Shown here piece after piece: positions 17,587-24,255 of a stretch of 24,255 bases of DNA (its first letter is position 1; the number at the start of each line of letters is the position of its first letter). Location: assembly GCA_963977445.1 (NCBI GenBank), contig CAXBPH010000087.1, forward strand, positions 1 to 24,255. The letters are read 5' to 3'. Below the pieces are notes generated by a model that made no database searches, was not told where the DNA came from, and saw nothing but the letters and a program-made list of their open reading frames with translations. This DNA comes from an uncultured bacterium (GTDB lineage: Bacteria > Hydrogenedentota > Hydrogenedentia > Hydrogenedentales > JAEUWI01). Both the position numbers and the translations under genes were made by a program.

Positions 17587-18849
17587 CTACGCTCCTTCTT
17601 CAACGGGGCAATAGGGATAACAACGCCCGCAACTGAAGCAGGTCTCTTTGTGGGGTTCAAATATGGTTCGTTTTTTCACGACCGACAATTCGATTAGTTT
17701 AATGCTCATGATCAGGGCCATGAAAGCTCCCAGCAGTGCGCTGCCTGTCTTGAACTTTTCCTTGATGGCCAGCGATTCCGCGTGAAGCTCTGCCGCTGTC
17801 TTTCCTTCGACACGAAACGTGTCGGCTTCAAGACTAACATCGGACACCAGGCTGCGGTCTTCCTTGGCGATGCGTTCGCTCAGGCTCACCGTGGGGTGCA
17901 TATGGGACAAGGGCTCATAGAGCATGTATCCACCGAGGGCACCAAGAGCGATGAAGAGGGGGGTGAGGAAGACATAGCGCCGCACCCGTTTTCTACCCTC
18001 GGCCGGGTCGCCGACCAGATGCTGGGGCGTGGGCATGTCGATGGCGTTGTAGGGGCAGGAATCTTCGCAAAGGCGACAGGACACACAGGGGGAGGGGGGG
18101 ATTTCCAGATGGTGCTTGGAGAAGCGAGACATCCACCCCAGTAATACGCCATAGGGACAGAGGAAACGGCAATAGGGCCGGGCGATAAAGACGCCGATGA
18201 GCAGGATCAGGGCGGCCGCAATGAGCATGGAATAATTGTCGGCCATGCGATAGATGCGCACGAAGGGATCGTAGCGACAGATGAAGAAACCCGACCCGGT
18301 GGCAACGCCGAGCGTCGCAAGGCCGAGATAGAGGTATTTCCCAAGGCCCAACACGCGCTCCAGGGCCGGAGAGATGCGAATTGGTGCAATGGCCACCAGT
18401 TCCTGCATGGCACCCAGGGGGCAAACCGAAGCGCAGAAGACCCGGCCAAAAAACAGGGAAAAGAGGAGGGGTATCACGAAAAAGGAAACCACGATCCAGG
18501 AAACGCCCACATTGGGCAAAAACATGGCCGCCATTACGTTCTGGGTAGAGCCAACGGGGCAAATACAGCCCTGTCGGTAAAACCCGAAGAACAGCAGGGA
18601 AAATACGCTGATGCCAAAGAGTCCCCGGCGCGACCGGGCCTTGAAAACCATCCAGGTAGTCGCGGAAAGGGCCAGGAAGAGGATCAGGGCCTCCCACGGC
18701 GTGTTCCGGCCCGCCGGCTGTGGCGTAAAGAGATAGGGCATCCCGTAGTCGGTCTCGAAGTCGGGTGGAGCGAACTTGAGTTCGATGGCCACCGCCGACT
18801 GCAAGAGCAACGTGGTGAGGCCTGCTATGGCAACGTGCAGATATTTCAT
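17587..18849 (-). CDS. Integral membrane 4Fe-4S-binding protein (NapH/MauN/YccM-like polyferredoxin)
   Basis: Many TM helices. GCICPVG, GRVFCASVCPLG and RPYCRFLCPYG (Cx3CP motifs), plus CVSCRLCEDSCP and C-terminal CFSCGRCYPYCP. Confidence 0.88.
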   Translation of the reverse strand: MKYLHVAIAGLTTLLLQSAVAIELKFAPPDFETDYGMPYLFTPQPAGRNTPWEALILFLALSATTWMVFKARSRRGLFGISVFSLLFFGFYRQGCICPVGSTQNVMAAMFLPNVGVSWIVVSFFVIPLLFSLFFGRVFCASVCPLGAMQELVAIAPIRISPALERVLGLGKYLYLGLATLGVATGSGFFICRYDPFVRIYRMADNYSMLIAAALILLIGVFIARPYCRFLCPYGVLLGWMSRFSKHHLEIPPSPCVSCRLCEDSCPYNAIDMPTPQHLVGDPAEGRKRVRRYVFLTPLFIALGALGGYMLYEPLSHMHPTVSLSERIAKEDRSLVSDVSLEADTFRVEGKTAAELHAESLAIKEKFKTGSALLGAFMALIMSIKLIELSVVKKRTIFEPHKETCFSCGRCYPYCPVEEGA

Positions 18850-18851
18850 GA

Positions 18852-19418
18852 TTACGCCGGTGGGTGGGCGAGATAGGTATCGCCCGTCAAGTAGGTGTAG
18901 GGACTGGATTCAGGTACTTCACTGAAGCAATCCGACGGACAGGACTTGGCAATGGAGCATTCATTGCAGTTGATACAGATATCCTGGCGAATTTGAAGGT
19001 AGAAGGAGCCGTTGCCGAAAACGAGGCAGGCCTTTACGCACTTGGCGCAGCCAATGCACAAGTCTTCGTGGATTTTGTATTCGTAGTAGGGCGCTTCGAT
19101 GTATTTACGTTCAATAGCGGCGGTAGGACAGAGCTGGTTTTCCGCGCCCGTATCCAAATCGCGGGAGCCTGGTTGGAGGTAACCAAAACACAGGTCACAA
19201 TAGCCACAAATATCAAACTGATTGAGGCACTTTACCGCACTGGGGTTGAGAACACAGTGGGTGGTACACCGACCACACTGGGTACATTTTGCGGGATCGA
19301 GCTGCCAGTATTTGGCTTCCGCTTTTTGTCCGACGGCCATCCAGGTGGCACCGGTGAAGGTAAAAGCGGCCGCACTGCGCATGAAATCACGCCTGTCGAG
19401 TTTTGTTCGCTCGCTCAT
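18852..19418 (-). CDS. Tat-signal polyferredoxin (NapG/MauM-like role), about four [4Fe-4S] clusters
   Basis: LDRRDFMR twin-arginine motif followed by a hydrophobic stretch and AEA. 18 Cys, including CTQCGRCTTHC, CGYCDLC, LCPTAAI, CIGCAKCVKAC and CINCNEC..CP. Confidence 0.87.
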   Translation of the reverse strand: MSERTKLDRRDFMRSAAAFTFTGATWMAVGQKAEAKYWQLDPAKCTQCGRCTTHCVLNPSAVKCLNQFDICGYCDLCFGYLQPGSRDLDTGAENQLCPTAAIERKYIEAPYYEYKIHEDLCIGCAKCVKACLVFGNGSFYLQIRQDICINCNECSIAKSCPSDCFSEVPESSPYTYLTGDTYLAHPPA

Positions 19419-19614
19419 CGGGCTCTAGTCCTTTCTCCGGCAGGCTGCACGAATGATTCGCCCAGCACGAGGCACAGGGGGTTGTCGTTTCGAAACACTC
19501 TTCGGGGGTTTTGCTCCCGTGCATTGCGGCCACGGCGACGCCGCCCATGCCGAGCATGGCACCACGTCGAAACAGGCGCTCGAAAAACTCCTGTCTATTC
19601 ATTGACGACTTCAT
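19387..19614 (-). CDS. Small Cys4 membrane-anchored protein (75 aa) with a degenerate Tat-like leader
   Basis: ATG 19614 follows AAGGTG. MKSSMNRQEFFERLFRRGAMLGMGGVAVAAM, then C-x6-C-x2-C-x5-C. It fills the gap between two operon genes and overlaps the next gene by 32 bp. Confidence 0.7.
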   Translation of the reverse strand: MKSSMNRQEFFERLFRRGAMLGMGGVAVAAMHGSKTPEECFETTTPCASCWANHSCSLPEKGLEPDERANKTRQA

Positions 19615-19686
19615 AAGACACACCTTATGTTACGGTCATGCGCTCCCCATTCGGAGCGCTATTCGGGGTTGCCACACCCCGATACA

Positions 19687-20703
19687 CTATTCTGCTGCTT
19701 TTTTACTAGCGAGGGTGGTGCGGGTCTGTTCAAAAATCCGCACCGCTTTCATTCGGGGGTCGAGTACCAGGATTCGATCGGAGGAGTCGACGACCAAGTC
19801 ACCAATTTGTTGGGGGACGTGAAAGGCTTTCGAACCAACTACCAGTTCCTCGAAACTACCGGATGTTATCTCAAATATCTTAATGCGGACCGGCCCCTTT
19901 TCGCCCGTGACGAGCCTGCCCTTGCTGTTAAACGCTATCTGCATGGGGTTACAGCATCCGGAGAAGCTGTCAAGCCGGGTGACATCGGGGCGGTACCAGG
20001 TGGTGACAATATCGCCATTTTCGCGGTAGCGCTCGAGACCGAGTTTGCCGGGATTGACCACCCAAAGCTGGCCGTCATTGTCAAAGGCTATATCGAAGTG
20101 GGCGCTGGGTGCTTCCAGGCCGGGGATATCCCGTTCCTCATCCGCTTTTCCTATTTGATCCAAGACATTGCCGTCGTAATCTAAGCGAAGCACGAGGCGA
20201 CTTCCCCCGTCTGCCAGGTAAACGTTGTCTTCGCTTGCCGCCATTGCGGAAATGTGGGTGCGATCAGAAAGGTTGCTCCACGTCGCGAGTGGTGTTCTGT
20301 CTGGGCCGAGGACCAGAACTTTGTCCCCCAAGCCGACCAGGAGCTTGTTGTCCGGCGTAAGTTCGAGACAGGTCGGCGTTCCGTCGATAGCGATGCGCGA
20401 CGTTTCCTTCCCGTCGGCATTGTATATGGCAATCGTGTTTTCGCCCGAGATATAGAGATTGCCGTTCGCATCTGTTTCCAGCGCTTTTGCCTGGTCAAAA
20501 TCCGGCACGATCTGCCCGGTTTCCTCGAATGCGGTCTCTACATTATCGATATCAAGCAGTCCCGTAATGTCATATTCCAGATTGGGGCCGGGCTCGGGAA
20601 ACTTCTTTTCCTTGGAAACGAGGCTAAAGTAAAAGCCCACCACACACGCCACTGCCACACCGACCAGGTAGGGGTGCTTGGTTTTGCGTACGGGTTCTTT
20701 CAT
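19687..20703 (-). CDS. Membrane-anchored NHL-repeat-like beta-propeller with an FSGCCNP motif
   Basis: Single N-terminal TM. Blades such as ALETDANGNLYISG, NVYLADGG, DIAFDNDGQLWVVNPG, IAFNSKGRLVTGE and LVVDSSDRILVLDP. GAAGGA SD. Confidence 0.8.
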   Translation of the reverse strand: MKEPVRKTKHPYLVGVAVACVVGFYFSLVSKEKKFPEPGPNLEYDITGLLDIDNVETAFEETGQIVPDFDQAKALETDANGNLYISGENTIAIYNADGKETSRIAIDGTPTCLELTPDNKLLVGLGDKVLVLGPDRTPLATWSNLSDRTHISAMAASEDNVYLADGGSRLVLRLDYDGNVLDQIGKADEERDIPGLEAPSAHFDIAFDNDGQLWVVNPGKLGLERYRENGDIVTTWYRPDVTRLDSFSGCCNPMQIAFNSKGRLVTGEKGPVRIKIFEITSGSFEELVVGSKAFHVPQQIGDLVVDSSDRILVLDPRMKAVRIFEQTRTTLASKKAAE

Positions 20704-20724
20704 GGTGGTACTTCCTTCTTCTGA

Positions 20725-22191
20725 CTATACGCCGACGTTGACACAAACCAGATTGTTCATGTCGCGCAGCAATACGCGGTCACCCGCAATGGCAATGGGA
20801 CCCCAAGCGTCGTGTCCATGTAGAACCTGCGCTTCGCCCAATTGTTTGTATTCTTTCGTGGCACCATCGATCATGGTGAACTTGCCATCGTCGTCCAGTA
20901 TATAGAACTTGTCGTCTGCCAGCAAAAAAGGCCCCAAACCGAATCGGTTGTCGTTGCCACTGGACCAGACGAGATTGCCTTCGGTGTCGTAGCAGACGAA
21001 TTGGCCCTTCATGGCACCTGCGTCTTTGGGCATGATGCTGTAGAGCAATCCGTCATGAAAGATGGGCGTCTGCTGTTCGCAGGCCAGGCCGTCTTCGGGG
21101 CCGGTACGGTACAGGATTTCCGCGTCGTAGGTGCCCGAGCCATTTTCCTTCAATTGAAGCATCATGGCACCCGTGCTGTAGCCCGCCGTCACGAAAACCT
21201 TATCGTCACCAGCGGCGACGGGGGAGGGGGCCACCACTTTGGCTTCCCAGGAGACGTCCCACAATATTTTGCCGACATCGGGCCCATCTGCTGCCACACC
21301 GGCGACCCCGCCAATGGCGCTGTAAACATACATGTTTCGGCCCATCAGGGTCATGGGGATAACGGAAGAGTGCGCCATGTTCCACTCCCGGGGGTTGGGG
21401 CTGGTCCAGGCTACTTCGCCGCTTTCGCAGTCAATACCCATCATCAACACATCGGTACCGGCGGGCGCAATGATGACCTGGCCATCCACGATAGGCGGGC
21501 ACTGGCCGGCGTACCACAAGGGTTCTTTGGTGCCATAATCCCGCTGGAGGTCTATGCCCCAACGGAAATCGCCGGTTTCCGTATCCAGACAAACCACGTG
21601 ACACTTCGGCCCCATGGTTACGATGTATTTTTCCGATATGGCGGGTATGGTTCGGGACATACCGTGGTTTCGCTTAATTTTGATCTCGTAGGAGCGGCGC
21701 CAGACCTCTTTGCCGTCTGCCAGCGACAGGCAGCGCAGGGAATCGGCCCGCCCATCCACATCGTAATCCATCAGGTAGGCGCAGCCATTAAAAATCGCGG
21801 GAGCGGCATAGCCATCGCCAATGGGAATCTGCCACATAATCTCGGGGCCGTCGGTACCCCAGGAATCGGCCAGTGCGGGACCATCGAGGACGATATTGTC
21901 TGAGTTGGCACCGCGGAACTGGGTCCAGGAGCCGGGCAGGTCGGAGGGAACGCCGTCGGAGGCGAGAAAGACGCCGGAAAGTTCTGGTCCGGCGCTTTTA
22001 AGGCCGGTGTCTTTTGGAAAGCCGTCTGTACCAGGGGTTTGGGACTCAATGACCATCGCTGGCCCACTGAGGAGCCAATAAGCCATGGCACACAGAGCAA
22101 CGATACTCCAGAGTGCCCCTGCAGATGTCATGGCTATGAAATTGGCCCTGGGGTTTTTATCCAGCGCATTAATGTTGATTTGCATGTTCAT
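20725..22191 (-). CDS. Membrane-anchored PQQ-binding-like beta-propeller, first gene of the Fe-S operon
   Basis: N-terminal TM, WTQFRGANSD, CLSLADGKEVW, CLDTETGDFRW, AWGPIAIAG. The exact start codon is uncertain. Confidence 0.85.
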   Translation of the reverse strand: MNMQININALDKNPRANFIAMTSAGALWSIVALCAMAYWLLSGPAMVIESQTPGTDGFPKDTGLKSAGPELSGVFLASDGVPSDLPGSWTQFRGANSDNIVLDGPALADSWGTDGPEIMWQIPIGDGYAAPAIFNGCAYLMDYDVDGRADSLRCLSLADGKEVWRRSYEIKIKRNHGMSRTIPAISEKYIVTMGPKCHVVCLDTETGDFRWGIDLQRDYGTKEPLWYAGQCPPIVDGQVIIAPAGTDVLMMGIDCESGEVAWTSPNPREWNMAHSSVIPMTLMGRNMYVYSAIGGVAGVAADGPDVGKILWDVSWEAKVVAPSPVAAGDDKVFVTAGYSTGAMMLQLKENGSGTYDAEILYRTGPEDGLACEQQTPIFHDGLLYSIMPKDAGAMKGQFVCYDTEGNLVWSSGNDNRFGLGPFLLADDKFYILDDDGKFTMIDGATKEYKQLGEAQVLHGHDAWGPIAIAGDRVLLRDMNNLVCVNVGV

Positions 22192-23058
22192 AGGCGAAAA
22201 AAAAATCCCTTGCGCTATTAAATTCCCGGCAGGCCCCGAATCGTGTCACGGTCACCCTGGTTTTCGAAATCTGCGGAGAACGCCACTAGATAAAACAATA
22301 GTAGTAACTATTCCATTCCCAATCAATCTTTCGGGCGGCCCAATGGCAACCCGCCCGGCGTTGGGAAAATGGAAGGCGACTTACGGTCCGCGTTCGGGTA
22401 GGGCAACGCGCGGCAAAAACCTTTGCCAGGAGTTGGGCCGGGCACCACTTTCCGAGGCACCGCCTATCCGTATAATTTCGGCGGGCAGGTCTGGTTGGAG
22501 GGGGCTTCAGGAGCGTCCCGAAGTCCGAATGCAGGTTTTTGACACGTTTTGATTGGTTGACAGTGATGCTAATTATGATTCTGGGTGCGAAAATTTACAC
22601 ATGCGGCAAAAAAATACGCACATTGAATTAATTGAATTTAGTGTCGTATATACAAGAAATTTCCACTATTAAGATTCGGATTCATTGATTGTGTTGGTCG
22701 GGTACAGCCAAATTTTTGTCACCGCTGACAAACTGGCGAATTAATGTTGTAAATATATATTTTAGAATGACTTGCGGTGTTTTGTTTTGCGTGGTAGTAT
22801 TCCGACAAGCGTCCCAAGAACGGGCTGAATCAAGGATACCTATGGTTACATCGAGCCTCTTTCGGGTGAGGTTGACTATCTTGCCTCGAACCATTCGCTT
22901 TAGCCCAGTGATTGCGTGATTTTCACCAGTACAGCGTCAACAGGGATAGAAACCTTGTTGCAAGACTATAAATAGAACGCAGGGAACATTGAGTCCAGTG
23001 TGCGAAATAGTGGTCAATGAAATACCCGGCGTTCTGAATCCATGAAAGGGGTTTGAAA
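22192..23058. promoter_or_regulatory. Long, partly AT-rich divergent intergenic region expected to hold the promoters of the Fe-S/propeller operon and the PEP-CTERM gene
   Basis: About 870 bp between divergent starts, visibly AT-rich at about 22530-22800, with no convincing ORF. No individual promoter elements were resolved. Confidence 0.55.
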
Positions 23059-23892
23059 ATGCGAAGAACAGGAGTTTGGCTGGCCGCGCTAGCCATGACC
23101 ACTATTGCGGGAACGGCATCGGCCACCATTACGACGGACGGGCAGTGGAACGATTGGTTCAGTTACGGTGGTTCCTATAACAATTACTGGGATCAGGCCG
23201 AGGCAGCACGGACCCGTACGCCGGGTCTTGATATCCGTTACCAAGACGATCCCGAAAATGATGCCTCGGGTGGTCAGAACTACGATATCGAACAGATCTT
23301 CTACTACTACGAAGATTACAATGACGAAGAGTTGACCGGTGGAATCCTCCATATCGGCCTGGTCACGGGCTATGAGGCATCTAACCGCACCTACCGATCT
23401 GGCGATATGTTCGTCGACCTTGGTGCCGACGATTCCTATGATATCGCTATTGCCACCGGAACCGAGAGTAATTCCCGCTTTGGTGATACCTGGGAAAACG
23501 ACGGCTGGAGAACCGAGCACGTTGACATTCGTTCTCACCGTGACGGCGGCGATCCCTACCGAGTTAAAGATTACCGGAGCGGTGCCACCGATTATACCCA
23601 TGCCGAAGTCGACTGGGATTATGGCGTTGGCCGGGGCAGTAAGCACAATTTCCTGGAGATTGCGCTGGAATTGACCGGTGCCCATGAGTTGCAAATCGCT
23701 ACGAGCGGTATTGGTCTCCACTGGACCATGGAATGTGGCAACGATTTCATTGACGTTTCTGACAGTAATCCTTTGTCCACCATTCCGACGCCCCCGGGGC
23801 CTAACGCTCCCGTGCCTGAACCGGCTACGGTTGCGCTCCTGGGTATGGGTGTATTGGGACTGGCCTTCCGTGGGCGTCGTCCCGCCTGCTGA
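23059..23892 (+). CDS. PEP-CTERM (exosortase target) surface protein, about 277 aa
   Basis: GAAAGGGG SD before ATG 23059, signal peptide, acidic beta-rich body with HWTMECGND, Pro-rich linker, and C-terminal VPEP-ATVALLGMGVLGLAF-RGRR. Confidence 0.9.
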   Translation: MRRTGVWLAALAMTTIAGTASATITTDGQWNDWFSYGGSYNNYWDQAEAARTRTPGLDIRYQDDPENDASGGQNYDIEQIFYYYEDYNDEELTGGILHIGLVTGYEASNRTYRSGDMFVDLGADDSYDIAIATGTESNSRFGDTWENDGWRTEHVDIRSHRDGGDPYRVKDYRSGATDYTHAEVDWDYGVGRGSKHNFLEIALELTGAHELQIATSGIGLHWTMECGNDFIDVSDSNPLSTIPTPPGPNAPVPEPATVALLGMGVLGLAFRGRRPAC

Positions 23893-23955
23893 GCGGGAGT
23901 CTGACAGCAATTTCCCGGTCTGAAATGACGGGGCTGAATAAAAGTGTATATTGTT

Positions 23956-23987
23956 AAGCGACCTGGCTTTGGGCAGGTCGCTTTTTT
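23956..23987 (+). terminator. Rho-independent terminator of the PEP-CTERM gene
   Basis: Perfect 10-bp stem AAGCGACCTG (23956-65) / CAGGTCGCTT (23974-83) with an 8-nt loop, ending in a T run to 23987. Confidence 0.85.
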
Positions 23988-24255
23988 GGTGTTGGTGCTG
24001 TTTATCGGGGTTTTCTCCGTCCGCCCCGGTGCGTCCTGGCCAACTACGGGACAGCCACACCGGTGTTATCTGCTGTGGCTTGGTTCGGTGATACTCGAGG
24101 GCGGTGGGAGGTGTGGGTAATCGGCATGGTGTGGTGAGGCAGTCCCCGAGACGCTTTTTTGGTGTTGGCGTTGTATATCGGGGTTTTCTCCGTCCGCCCT
24201 GGTGCGTCCTGGCCAACTACGGGACAGCCACACCGGTGTTATCTGCTGTGGCTTG
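23979..24255. repeat. Direct repeat with a 173-bp period (copy 1 from 23979, copy 2 from 24152, cut by the window edge)
   Basis: 23979-24082 and 24152-24255 align without gaps over 104 bp with 4 mismatches. Confidence 0.9.

Noticed and set aside
19640..19682. Guanidine-II (mini-ykkC) riboswitch for the twin hairpins
   Set aside because: The loops lack the ACGR tetraloops, and the downstream gene context does not fit.
15823..21903. Long plus-strand ORFs (15823-17106, 18864-19616, 20842-21903 and others)
   Set aside because: All are antisense shadows of well-supported minus-strand genes.
22412..22428. Sigma-54 promoter-like TGGCA...TTGC on the minus strand
   Set aside because: GG and GC are separated by 11 nt rather than the required 10.
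22747..22767. Rex-like operator TTGTAAA...TTTAGAA
   Set aside because: The spacer is 7 nt rather than 4, and the half-sites are imperfect in an AT-rich context.
23089..24216. 375-aa minus-strand ORF
   Set aside because: Antisense to the clear PEP-CTERM gene, and it runs through the terminator and repeat. No protein-like features.
23979..24255. CRISPR array
   Set aside because: The repeat unit is at least 104 bp, far longer than CRISPR repeats. Only two copies are visible and no cas genes are in the window.

Overview
GC-rich bacterial window, probably Ca. Hydrogenedentota or a PVC-like lineage. This is inferred from the DUF1559 prepilin-like gene with an [17 protein letters not shown] tail, the many WPxFRGP-type beta-propellers and a PEP-CTERM gene. 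The main feature is a tightly packed minus-strand operon (about 22191 to 9489). In transcription order it encodes: a membrane-anchored PQQ/BamB-like propeller, an NHL-like propeller with a vicinal Cys-Cys motif, a Cys4 microprotein, a Tat-exported polyferredoxin, a NapH-like membrane Fe-S protein, a 3-TM PQQ-like propeller, a fused NuoE/NuoF (HydC/HydB) flavoprotein with electron-bifurcation-type signatures, a partner Fe-S subunit with no catalytic domain, a DUF1559 pilin-like protein and another PQQ-like propeller. It reads as a candidate uncharacterised trans-membrane electron conduit between cytoplasmic NADH/ferredoxin and an extracytoplasmic propeller assembly. A plus-strand block (PQQ-like propeller, arsE/arsF/arsG-like thiol relay, large heparinase II/III-like lyase) lies between this operon and a leftward unit (PQQ-like propeller, GT4 glycosyltransferase with an N-terminal CxxC, and a truncated membrane protein). 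The right end has an AT-rich divergent intergenic region, a PEP-CTERM gene with its terminator and a structured repeat with a 173-bp period. All family assignments come from motif recognition by eye; no searches were run.
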